A DNA stretch of 64,000 nucleotides from a virus (IMGVR_UViG_3300033562_000691:3580-67579), one strand, 5' to 3'; shown: positions 40,680-49,675, counted from the first letter of the stretch. The notes: generated from the letters alone by a model not told the origin. Numbers and translations: made by a program.

Positions 40680-41107
40680 AATTCTACCGCTTTGAGTTTT
40701 GACACATCATCAATACGGAGAACTCCCGCATAGTCATTTATGCGCTCTCTGTATTCTATCTTCTTTGGTTTCCAAGTAGCCTTTTTCTTTGGCTTCTCTT
40801 CGGAGTTTTTTCTGTGGGCCGCATATGCATGTACCATATGCATATTGGCGATATGGCTGGTCCTGCGTTCTTTGTCAGTGAACCATTTCCTGCATTTACA
40901 GTTCTTGTTTCTGGATCTTACTTTATTGCGAATCCATCTCTTGTTTTCTTCCTCGGTTTTCTTTCGGCAGTTTCTTCGTGCAATGATACCGGTTGGTGTA
41001 ATAGACGGAAAATAGTACCGCTTGAAAGCAGTGCGAAAAACACGAAAAAGCCAGACACCATCAATGAGCAATATTTCTTCGTTATTCCATGTCGATGATA
41101 GTATCAT
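40658..41107 (-). CDS. Basic hypothetical protein
   Basis: Lys/Arg-rich ORF overlapping both neighbours. Confidence 0.45.
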   Translation of the reverse strand: MILSSTWNNEEILLIDGVWLFRVFRTAFKRYYFPSITPTGIIARRNCRKKTEEENKRWIRNKVRSRNKNCKCRKWFTDKERRTSHIANMHMVHAYAAHRKNSEEKPKKKATWKPKKIEYRERINDYAGVLRIDDVSKLKAVELCLGDYK

Positions 41108-41801
41108 TCTTTTTCTCCGAATCAGCTTGGATATTTTCTCTTTCCCATTCCTCTACAGAAACATCAGAAGGGATTAAAAGAACACCATGCACAGCAGTGC
41201 TGAAGGATTTACTCTCTACCTTGTCAGAGTACCCCAGTTTGTTCATGGTGATATATTTATAGAGCGGTGTGTTGAATCGGTCATTCAATAGATTCCTGCT
41301 CCCTACACGAAGGAAGTGAGCTTCGTACATAGTCTTGCCAATGGCATAGGCAGTATTGAATTCTTTTATATCTGCTGCCCATTTTATAACTGTATCCAAA
41401 GCTACTCCAAATTCAGCAGCAATTTCTACATCAGACATCCCATCTCTGGCCAGTTCAATAAATCTCAGAGGATGATAAGCAGGATCAAATATAGTATTCA
41501 CTCCATGAGGATACTGGGAAAACGGAATCGGATCTAATCCCTGTGCAGGACGTAATCCTCCATGATGAATACATAGTGTGCCTTTTCCGGATGCATAGCT
41601 TTTACAGCGTTCTCCATTTTCCTTAATAAAAGCACAACGCTTTTTCTTGAAACGGACTTTGTGCTTCCTAATAGGAACTGCTTCACGTTCATATACAGGT
41701 TTTAGTTTCCGTACAGGCGCAGGGATCTCGGGGATCTCTTCCTGTGCAGTATGCCGGGGGATATTCCGGACGGGAGTTTTTGCATGTTTTCTGAATTTCA
41801 T
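41082..41801 (-). CDS. Putative terminase small subunit
   Basis: CCCH-like motif (CAF...RC...LCIHHGG) and HTH-like GMSDVEIAAEFGVALDTVIKW. Near TerL; AGGAG RBS. Confidence 0.6.
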   Translation of the reverse strand: MKFRKHAKTPVRNIPRHTAQEEIPEIPAPVRKLKPVYEREAVPIRKHKVRFKKKRCAFIKENGERCKSYASGKGTLCIHHGGLRPAQGLDPIPFSQYPHGVNTIFDPAYHPLRFIELARDGMSDVEIAAEFGVALDTVIKWAADIKEFNTAYAIGKTMYEAHFLRVGSRNLLNDRFNTPLYKYITMNKLGYSDKVESKSFSTAVHGVLLIPSDVSVEEWERENIQADSEKKNDTIIDME

Positions 41802-41810
41802 ATATTCCTC

Positions 41811-42110
41811 CTAATCTCTTTGGACAGTATTAAGGATTTTCTTATATCTTGCAGCATCTCTCTGATCCATAATAGACTGGATCATCCTTTGCGTAATAAG
41901 TTTGGATAATCCCTTGATACTCAATCCTTTATCCCGATCCACTCTCTTCTGGACAAAGGGCAAAACAAAATTCCGGGCTTCCTTAAAAATCGTATTATAA
42001 TCTCCATCGTTCATTTTCATCGGATAATGCATAATAAACCACAAGGCCACAATCTGATCCTGAACAGAAATAGAACTCTGTCTCCTCCCTACCTTAATAT
42101 AGAATGTCAT
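41811..42110 (-). CDS. Hypothetical protein
   Basis: First ORF of the leftward module. Confidence 0.6.
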   Translation of the reverse strand: MTFYIKVGRRQSSISVQDQIVALWFIMHYPMKMNDGDYNTIFKEARNFVLPFVQKRVDRDKGLSIKGLSKLITQRMIQSIMDQRDAARYKKILNTVQRD

Positions 42111-42162
42111 CTCGCCCCCTATAGCAGAATCTGAATACTAGAATAGTTGAACCCGAAGTGCT

Positions 42163-42192
42163 ATGATAATACATCTCCAATATAGAAGTCAA
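42163..42192 (-). promoter_or_regulatory. Candidate sigma70-type promoter for the leftward module
   Basis: TTGACT-N18-TATCAT on the minus strand, about 50 nt upstream of 42110. Confidence 0.4.
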
Positions 42193-42314
42193 TTCCTTTC
42201 TATTGAACGGACCATCTCTACATAAATCCTATAACAGCATAAAATCCTATAACTGAGTTTTTGAATTTTTTAAAATTGGAATTCACTTTTTTGAATTCTC
42301 AGAAATTGCCCCCT

Positions 42315-42362
42315 CAAAAAGATATAGGAAAAGATATGCAAAAAGATATGCAAAAAGATATA
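42315..42362. repeat. 4 x 12-bp tandem repeat (CAAAAAGATATR)
   Basis: caaaaagatata ggaaaagatatg caaaaagatatg caaaaagatata. Confidence 0.85.
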
Positions 42363-42515
42363 ACTTTTATTTTTAAAAAAATCCGCACAGGATTTGAACC
42401 TAGTTATCCAATACAATTTTAAGAGGGGAATAATTTATCAGAAAGTTATAACTTTCTTAAGATATAATTTTTACATCGTACAGTATGGGTACATTGGCAG
42501 TACAGTCGGCTTATA

Positions 42516-42609
42516 TGCATACATAAGTATTTAAAAGACGTTTTTTATATTTTCTACATTTGTATACACATCTGCATACATAAGTATTTAAAAGACGTTT
42601 TTTATATTT
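42516..42609. repeat. Perfect 37-bp direct repeat pair
   Basis: TGCATACATAAGTATTTAAAAGACGTTTTTTATATTT at 42516-42552 and 42573-42609, with a 20-bp spacer. Confidence 0.9.
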
Positions 42610-43375
42610 GCGACAACTTTGGGATATACGGCCCCCCGGGGTCGCCTGCAATGGGGTGCGGCACGGCGAGGCGTGGCACGTCACTATTGCAAGAATTGTG
42701 CCTCTTTCCACTATTCAAAATTTGTGCCTGTTATATCCATCCATTTTCTATACCAGTTTCATTCATACAAATATCGTGCCGCTTTCCATTCGCGCTGTCG
42801 TTTTTCCTTCTCTTGCCACTATTGCAAAAAACATTCCTGTCCTATGGAACAAGAAAAAATTGTTTGTCAATGTCCTTTTTTTGACAGCGTATTTTTCTCG
42901 TTTTCAATGTTTTGACATACCTTTAAAACGAACAGAATCGGCCTGTATTGCTTTTCCTTGCCTGTGTGGGCCATGGTATCAAAAAGTTTTTTCTGTTGAA
43001 TACAGACGAAATGCAATAAAATCAATTAGTTATAACTTTTTGAATGATTATATATAGTTATAGGCTATTTTTAAGAATCCTTTCCATTAAGGTATAAATA
43101 AAATTGATATAGAAAAAAGCTAATTATATCAATAAGATATAAGAAAAAACGATAATGTTTATCGTGTTTCAATGTTATATCTTTTTTATGTAATCATATC
43201 AGCAAGTTATAAGAAAAAAGAAAAAAAGATACTGAAAAGCTAAAAAAGTATTTCCATTCCTGAAAAATATGTTATTCTGTCCTTGAATTTAGATAGTTTT
43301 TTAGCTGGTTCGCTGGTCCTGCCAATAGTGGCAAGGTAGAGCGGTCAGCACACAAGCGCACAAGCGCAAGGGGAA

Positions 43376-44131
43376 ATGAACATGAACACAAACACAAACA
43401 CCACACCCGCAAACGTACCGGCCGCAATCGTAACAGCTAACACCGACAAGAAAGCACGGCGGACTAGAAAGAAAGATATTCCTTCTATCGTTCCTGCTCC
43501 GGTCGTTCCTGCTCCGGTCGTTCCTGTTCTCACACCCGAGGAAGAAAGACGCCAGCGAATTAAAGCACTTGAAAATAGCAGGAAGACGGCGCGGGCTGTT
43601 TTCGCGATAGAAGTAATGTCGCTTGCCAACCAATTTGACAGCGCACAGATACAGGCGAGTGCCTGTATCGACAAGGCGATTGCATTGTTTAACCTTGATA
43701 TGTCCGCCGATAGCAAGGAGACAATCGCGGCGGAAATGCAAAAGATTTATTTCAAGTTAGACAGTTGGCCTGTAAATAAGACAGGGAAAAAACCTGTCAC
43801 TGTCGCGGCCATTCTTTCCCCTGCGGGGAAATGGGGAAAGAAAGAAATTACAAAGAATGGCATGACGGTGCCGGTGTACTTCATTGAAGACGATACCTAT
43901 TGTAAAGTGGTTCCTGTGTCGCTTGTGCGAATGGTGAACGCAATACAGAAGCGATTCTATAAGACCGCTCCGGCGACTGAAGAAATAACAGAATATCGGT
44001 TCACGTCTGAAGATTATAATAACCTTTGGGCAATGGTGTCAGAATTGACGAACAAGGAAGAAAAAGAGCGTGTACAGAATACGTTACTTTTGGCCGAGGA
44101 AAAAACCGTCAAGCGGGCGGCCAAGAAATAA
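43376..44131 (+). CDS. First rightward ORF, hypothetical with PAPVV repeats
   Basis: 251 aa, AAGGGG RBS, low-complexity N-terminus. Confidence 0.75.
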   Translation: MNMNTNTNTTPANVPAAIVTANTDKKARRTRKKDIPSIVPAPVVPAPVVPVLTPEEERRQRIKALENSRKTARAVFAIEVMSLANQFDSAQIQASACIDKAIALFNLDMSADSKETIAAEMQKIYFKLDSWPVNKTGKKPVTVAAILSPAGKWGKKEITKNGMTVPVYFIEDDTYCKVVPVSLVRMVNAIQKRFYKTAPATEEITEYRFTSEDYNNLWAMVSELTNKEEKERVQNTLLLAEEKTVKRAAKK

Positions 44132-44147
44132 TCCGCTCGCAAGGTGG

Positions 44148-44430
44148 GCAAGGGGAAAAAATCTTTCCCCTTGCTCCTTTCTTTCATCCTGTCGGGCAGT
44201 AGTCGGGCAGGATGAAACAAGGGAAAAATCACCTTTCCCCTGCTCTTTGAAAATTGTTTTCCCCTTTGCCTTGCTGGTTATATCTTTCCCGCGCTGTTCA
44301 TCGGCGGAAAGATATTGATCCTATAACCAGCCGGGATTGTTCAAGAAAATTTGTTCACGGTGAATGAAACGGCTAGAGCAAAAGTAAAGCGGATTCATTC
44401 ATGATGAATGAAACGGCAAAGGGGAAAAAC
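44148..44430 (+). ncRNA. Candidate structured non-coding RNA / 3' UTR
   Basis: Stems 44148-58/44164-74, 44182-91/44208-17, 44257-70/44415-28 (14 bp) and 44273-82/44322-31. No ORF with an RBS. Confidence 0.5.
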
Positions 44431-44812
44431 GAGAAAGTGAACAATGCAAAGCGAAAAGAAAAACGGTCGGCATGTTCGGCCGAATTACTTTTTGTTGTCT
44501 GCGTTATATCTGTGCGCATACGTTATATGCGATTTATTCGAGCAGAATTTATTCACGGTGAATAAAAAATATAACGCAAGTTATAAGGAAATTCGAGAAA
44601 AAACGCTTATTCTGCAATAACGCGATTTTTGAAAATTTTCTGACTTTTGCATTATTCACGTAAAATTAGGAATTGAACGCTTCCACGATTATGGGCGTTT
44701 ATATCTTAAATTTTGCCTTCTGTTCTGCCCTGCTTCCCCATAGGGTAGAGCAGAGAAAATTTAGAAAGATTTATTCACGGTGAATAAAAACATTCCTACA
44801 AAGGAGAAGAGA

Positions 44813-44935
44813 ATGAAAAAATTAGTGATTGCTCTAATCGTTATCATGTGTGTAGTAGGATTGCACTTTGGCTATTCTGCTATTCAGTCTGTCAAAGCTG
44901 TGCAGACTGAACGATTGGCTCAGTTGAATTTCTGA
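44813..44935 (+). CDS. 40-aa membrane peptide
   Basis: Own translation MKKLVIALIVIMCVVGLHFGYSAIQ...; AAGGAG RBS after a palindrome. Confidence 0.7.
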   Translation: MKKLVIALIVIMCVVGLHFGYSAIQSVKAVQTERLAQLNF

Positions 44936-45996
44936 TCTGATAAACCTTTACTGTCGGGGGGAGTATTGAGAATTTTTGAATTATTCTCTGTCGGGGATTT
45001 TTATTTCGGGCAGAGAATAATTTGTGAATTCTTTTTTAATCCATGATTTATTCATGGTGAATAAAAAGTTATAACATGTTCTTTTGTGGAACGTGGGCGG
45101 TTATATCTTTCTGACCGTTTTGATCTTAATAGCATTCTGCCCCGTGTGACGGGGACCATTCTCAGGTAACAGAGAGTTCTGTAGACGGGGAATGATGGGA
45201 ATTTAGGAAGAGAAAAGATTGATCCTTCTGATAGGACAGTTGTAGAGTTTTCGAGGACGTTCTGCTTTGCGGAATAGCCTGTAGCCTTGAAAATTTAGGA
45301 AGGTTATATTATCCATGATTTTGTGGGTTGACGTGTAATGCAAGGCTATCTTAGCGGGTAGTTTATCTTTTCTGCTGTCTTTCTAGTTTCTGCATTTCTG
45401 CTGTACAGGATCACCTTGAGGATGATATGTGATGGGGTTTTAAAGGCTGATCAGGGCGAACCATTGCATTGACAGGTGCGTTCGGCGCATGCTGCTGAAT
45501 TGTGTAAATTCCCTCGGGTACATTGAAAAATATCCGGAACGGCTTTCTTTGGAAAATTGGGGAAAGTTGGTGTGGTGTGTGGAATTTATTCACAAATAAA
45601 GTATAGCCTGATCAAACCTTGACTAGAGATTAGCGACCTCTTTTTAAGGGCGGCGGATTTATTCACCGGGAATAAATCCATAAGGGGAAGGGCAGGGATT
45701 TTCTGTGATGTTCCAAGGACGATTCCTGCCCTTCAAATGGGGTGATTTTTTGGTATAAATTTTTATGTCTCAGCGATTTTCATTGGGTTCAGACTGGGAA
45801 TTTTTATGCGTACTTTCCAAAGCTGAAAATGATGAAAATTGATGAGATTGTGGAAAGATTTATTCATGGTGAATAAATGCACTTTGAATGAAAATTTCCT
45901 AGCAAAAATTTGTAGATGTATTATGCAAAGAGTTCCTTGCCCCGACTAGAGGGGATTACATAACGGTTTTATTCACCATGAATAAAAGGAGGGTAC

Positions 45997-46167
45997 ATGA
46001 TCGAATATGAGGTAGTCAAAAATAATCGCATCTGGTTCTTCAAGGAGGATCAGAAAAAGAAAGCCATGGACAAGGCCCGCAAAATGCGCGGGTCGTGTTC
46101 CATGATAGTCGTGGATCAGAATGGAATAGTGACGGATAGCACCATTTTGATCGACGAAGAAAAATAG
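45997..46167 (+). CDS. 56-aa hypothetical protein
   Basis: MIEYEVVKNNRIW...; AGGAGG RBS; bracketed by palindromes 45968 and 46169. Confidence 0.75.
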   Translation: MIEYEVVKNNRIWFFKEDQKKKAMDKARKMRGSCSMIVVDQNGIVTDSTILIDEEK

Positions 46168-46196
46168 TTTTATTCACCATGAATAAAGGAGAAAAT

Positions 46197-46457
46197 ATGA
46201 AGACATTCCCTTCTGCTGCTGCACTGCATTTGCTGTTGCAGGCAGAGCATAAACTGCAGAATGAGTTGGACTGCATTATGCGTGCATTCAACTCTTGCGC
46301 CAACCCGAGTCAGGAGTTGTTGGCTCGGGGGATAGAAGTGGAAGAAATGCTGCGAATTACGAAGCAGAAGAGGGTAAATTGTAGCAAGCAGAGGACGAAG
46401 TACTTCTGCATTCCGGAAAAGATTTTTCGCTATCTGGGGACACATCCCCAGTATTGA
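46197..46457 (+). CDS. Hypothetical coiled-coil protein
   Basis: Start moved to MKTFPS after GGAG. The track start (MNK) lies inside the palindrome. Confidence 0.7.
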   Translation: MKTFPSAAALHLLLQAEHKLQNELDCIMRAFNSCANPSQELLARGIEVEEMLRITKQKRVNCSKQRTKYFCIPEKIFRYLGTHPQY

Positions 46458-46578
46458 ATAACCGGAACGTGAGCCGGTAATCTACAAATTTTGTGGCTTG
46501 CCGGTTCACTTCTGTTTATTCCACAACGGATTTATTCATGGTGAATAAATCTAAATCAACCAGAACAAAAGAGGATTC

Positions 46579-47031
46579 ATGCTGTTTCTGATCAGAGGAT
46601 TGCCGGGTTCCGGCAAAAGCACATATGCCAGATCCTTGAAAAAGGGGATGGACTGTATGTGCATCCATGTTGAGGCGGATATGTTCTTCACTGACATATC
46701 CGGCAACTATAACTACAATCCGGAGAAAGTAGTAGAGGCACACGAATGGTGCCAGCGAGTATGCCGCGATGCCCTGAATATTGGGGCAGCGGTGATTGTT
46801 GCGAATACGTTCACCCGTGTATGGGAAATGCAGCCGTACATGGACATGGCAACGGATCTTGGAATCCCATATGCCATTGTCCATGTAATTGGTGCTTTCC
46901 AAAATATTCACGGAGTACCGGAGGAGGTTATCGAAAAAATGCGTGAACGGTGGGAACCGTGCGCAGAGGAGTATGAGATTGAATTCTGTGGGGAGAATAA
47001 TCTCCCCAACTTACTTTATTATTCACGGTGA
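46579..47031 (+). CDS. AAA_33-like P-loop kinase/ATP-binding protein
   Basis: IRGLPGSGKST, EADMFF, IVANTFT, NIHGVPEEVIEKMRERWE. Confidence 0.85.
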   Translation: MLFLIRGLPGSGKSTYARSLKKGMDCMCIHVEADMFFTDISGNYNYNPEKVVEAHEWCQRVCRDALNIGAAVIVANTFTRVWEMQPYMDMATDLGIPYAIVHVIGAFQNIHGVPEEVIEKMRERWEPCAEEYEIEFCGENNLPNLLYYSR

Positions 47032-47045
47032 ATAAAGGAGGGAAT

Positions 47046-47342
47046 ATGATTTTTGAATTAGGTGATACCGGCACATACATCTTAGATCAAACTTGTAATT
47101 ACAAGATCCATTATCTATGCGACATTCCTAAAAGTGCCGCAGTTGTATGGGTTTGTGATTCAGATCAAACCCATCATCGGTTCTCGGATAGCCATGTGCT
47201 TCCGAGAATGATAGATGGAATAGTATACAACTGGCTTAATAAAAGATTTTACATCGTATCTGAAAGTATTGACGGAAATCTAATAGCCGTCTTCAATTAT
47301 GATGGAAACTACAAAGTGTATAAACTCGTAGACAGGCAATGA
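47046..47342 (+). CDS. Hypothetical protein
   Basis: GGAGGG RBS after palindrome 47018; its stop touches palindrome 47342. Confidence 0.7.
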   Translation: MIFELGDTGTYILDQTCNYKIHYLCDIPKSAAVVWVCDSDQTHHRFSDSHVLPRMIDGIVYNWLNKRFYIVSESIDGNLIAVFNYDGNYKVYKLVDRQ

Positions 47343-47371
47343 TCATTCACCATGAATAAAAAGGAGGAGCC

Positions 47372-47593
47372 ATGCAGGACAAACATGGAGAACGCTGGTC
47401 TAGCGAAGACCAGTGGAAACTCATAGAGATGTACGCCAAAGGTGCATCTTACACAAAAATCTCAAACGCACTGGGGAGGTCAGTGCGGGCATGCTATGGG
47501 AGGGTTCACAGCATCAAGAATTCGTTCAGGTTGCTGTCTGAACAATTGGATCTCAAAATTCTGGAGGAACTGGAGCATGAAAAAATTAGCTGA
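47372..47593 (+). CDS. Small helix-turn-helix (GcrA/Myb-like) protein
   Basis: WSSEDQWKLIEMYAKGASYTKISNALGRSVRACYGRV; AGGAGG RBS. Confidence 0.7.
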   Translation: MQDKHGERWSSEDQWKLIEMYAKGASYTKISNALGRSVRACYGRVHSIKNSFRLLSEQLDLKILEELEHEKIS

Positions 47594-47819
47594 TGGCGAG
47601 ATCCTGCCATTCATTGCAGGGGATACGCCCCTGAACGAGACGGAATTCTGGGCATGGCTGAAAGAGCATCCGGAACAGGACAGTTTCGTGCATGCTTTGC
47701 TTGCATTCTGTCCGAAGTTTAATAAGGAGGAATACTATATCTCCAAAGAACAGATCCGTAGTTATCGGTACACGCACCAGCATTTCTTCTGGTGCAAATA
47801 CCATGACGTTGAAATTTGA
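47577..47819 (+). CDS. Hypothetical protein
   Basis: GGAG RBS supports the MKKLADGE start. Confidence 0.65.
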   Translation: MKKLADGEILPFIAGDTPLNETEFWAWLKEHPEQDSFVHALLAFCPKFNKEEYYISKEQIRSYRYTHQHFFWCKYHDVEI

Positions 47820-47873
47820 AGTTTAAAACTTATTCACGGTGAATAAAACCACCAATAAAAGGGAGGAAAGAGC

Positions 47874-47996
47874 ATGAAAAAGGAATATCGTTGCAAAGTG
47901 TGTGGACGGAAAACTGGCGGGAAGCACCACCTGTGCCTGCTCTGCAAAGAGGCATGGGAGGTAATTGTGGAAATCCTCCTGCTTGGGGGAAAATGA
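47874..47996 (+). CDS. 40-aa zinc-ribbon peptide
   Basis: Own translation MKKEYRCKVCGRKTGGKHHLCLLCKEAWE...; GGGAGG RBS. Confidence 0.65.
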   Translation: MKKEYRCKVCGRKTGGKHHLCLLCKEAWEVIVEILLLGGK

Positions 47997-48045
47997 TATA
48001 ACTGTAGCCACATTTCTGGAACCATTTGATTCCAAGGAGGTTGTG

Positions 48046-48174
48046 ATGAAAGAAACACTATGGGTAAGGAGGGAAAAGGCGCAGGAATTAGCGGATGATC
48101 TCCGCTGTTGTGGATTGACTGTTGAAATGATTTTTCACCCTGAAATCGTAGAACTCAGGGTTTATTCACGATGA
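48046..48174 (+). CDS. 42-aa hypothetical protein
   Basis: AAGGAGG RBS; its stop lies within palindrome 48161. Confidence 0.65.
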   Translation: MKETLWVRREKAQELADDLRCCGLTVEMIFHPEIVELRVYSR

Positions 48175-48202
48175 ATAAACCCGTAACCAAAAGGAGAATG
48201 CC

Positions 48203-48544
48203 ATGATTGAGAATTTGTATGTTGTCCCTGAGTATGTAATCGAGAAATACGTGACGGATGCCTACGCATTAGGATATTGCAGGGATCACAGAATCAATCC
48301 GTTGGATCAGACGGAATATTCGGATTGTAGTGTATCCACTGCAGCAAAGATGATGGGGTACAAGGTTTTTAACACGGCACTGCCTTTAAATTGGGTGCAT
48401 AAAGTCCAACAGGAGTACGGAATCAATCCAGTTGGGAAGGTGGTGTGGTGCTATGATGCGCCTAAAACCTACGGATACCCTGCACCGATCACAAGGGAGG
48501 GAGATGTGTTGTGTAAAATTCTGGAGTACATTTCTTCACGGTGA
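48203..48544 (+). CDS. Hypothetical protein
   Basis: AAGGAG RBS; its stop lies within palindrome 48531. Confidence 0.75.
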   Translation: MIENLYVVPEYVIEKYVTDAYALGYCRDHRINPLDQTEYSDCSVSTAAKMMGYKVFNTALPLNWVHKVQQEYGINPVGKVVWCYDAPKTYGYPAPITREGDVLCKILEYISSR

Positions 48545-48548
48545 ATAA

Positions 48549-48788
48549 ATGAAAAGATTTTATGCAGAAATGATGATAGGGGATTTTCATCCCCTTGGGT
48601 CGTTCAGCAAGTACATTCTGGATGCAAGGTACTCGCTGGATAATATGATTCGCCATTGCGAAGAACATCTACAGAGGAGGAAAGAGTACAACGGTTTTCG
48701 GATCATTAAGGTAAATGGATCTCGTTTGTTCAGTGATCCATCAAGGGTAGTTTACGAAAGAATCCACAAGGAGAACGGAAATGATTGA
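48549..48788 (+). CDS. Hypothetical protein
   Basis: Starts at the last base of a palindrome; overlaps the next ORF. Confidence 0.6.
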   Translation: MKRFYAEMMIGDFHPLGSFSKYILDARYSLDNMIRHCEEHLQRRKEYNGFRIIKVNGSRLFSDPSRVVYERIHKENGND

Positions 48789-49074
48789 ATTTAATTTCAT
48801 CGGAAACAACAGCGTGCGAAAATGCCACGAACTACGTCCGGGGGCAATTTTCACACCGGCAGATGTAACGGCCAACAAAACTGTGCTGTTCCAAGTGTCT
48901 GCTATAGACAATCTTCCTGATGATGACGGGAAATCTGTCTACGTGGTACACGGAGATCCGGACTGCGTAATTTGCCAGAGACTTCATAATGGAATGCTGG
49001 AATGCATCCACACCGATACTGACTGCATTGTATACGATGTAAAAATGGATCTTATCCCGGAGGGAATGGAATAA
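48781..49074 (+). CDS. Hypothetical protein
   Basis: AAGGAG RBS. Confidence 0.7.
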   Translation: MIEFNFIGNNSVRKCHELRPGAIFTPADVTANKTVLFQVSAIDNLPDDDGKSVYVVHGDPDCVICQRLHNGMLECIHTDTDCIVYDVKMDLIPEGME

Positions 49075-49250
49075 TGGAAGTAATTTCTGATGTGTTGGAA
49101 CGAACCGGAGGGAAGAAAGAGAATAACAAGACATTCTCTTTCCCGTCTCTACAGGCAGCGGGTGAGTTCGCCCGCTTCATCTTTGGCCGGAAGGATCTGA
49201 AAATCTGGAAAGTCACTCGGTTTGGAGAATGGAGAGTTTATCTGCAGTAA
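49074..49250 (+). CDS. 58-aa hypothetical protein
   Basis: Own translation MEVISDVLERTGG...WRVYLQ*; TAATG coupling; its stop abuts palindrome 49250. Confidence 0.65.
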   Translation: MEVISDVLERTGGKKENNKTFSFPSLQAAGEFARFIFGRKDLKIWKVTRFGEWRVYLQ

Positions 49251-49279
49251 TTATTCACCATGAATAAAAGGAGTATACA

Positions 49280-49675
49280 ATGGAATATATGGAAACACTC
49301 AGAACAGACGTAAAGAGGGACAAACGGAAAATCCGCTGTATCAATTCATCAATTAGTGGATTTTCATCCACTACCCTGCGCTTTGGGGATTACTTCCTAT
49401 ACAGGGAGGGTCCGACAGGACCATTGCAGTTTGCAAAGTGCCATGGAAGAGTGTGCCCGGAGAGGCAGATTGATCCGAAGGACAAAACCGGATATATGAT
49501 TTTGGCACTGGTGATCAGTACAAATCATATATTCTCAATGGAACGATGGGTATCCCCTGAAGATGTGGAAGAGGTAATTCCAGTGGAACGGGTCAGTCCT
49601 CATTTGGAAGAGATGTTCCATTCATTGATGGAAAACCTGAACTCATGGACTAGGGAAATGCGCAGAGTGCGTTGA
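49280..49675 (+). CDS. Hypothetical protein
   Basis: AAGGAG RBS; bracketed exactly by two palindromes. Confidence 0.75.
   Translation: MEYMETLRTDVKRDKRKIRCINSSISGFSSTTLRFGDYFLYREGPTGPLQFAKCHGRVCPERQIDPKDKTGYMILALVISTNHIFSMERWVSPEDVEEVIPVERVSPHLEEMFHSLMENLNSWTREMRRVR

Noticed and set aside
42516-42609. 37-bp repeat pair as a mini CRISPR array
   Set aside because: Only two units, a 20-bp spacer, no internal palindrome or GAAAC-type end, and no cas genes in the window.
44548-44566. Half-site TTATTCAC as a DnaA box, or the whole site as a Rex, ArgR or Fur box
   Set aside because: It matches the DnaA box at only 8 of 9 positions in nearly all copies and tracks gene junctions rather than an origin. 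Half-site orientation is opposite to the Rex/ArgR consensus and the sequence differs from the Fur box.
46179-46196. ORF-track starts beginning MNK (46179, 47028)
   Set aside because: These starts fall inside the palindrome. The RBS lies downstream of them, supporting 46197 and 47046.
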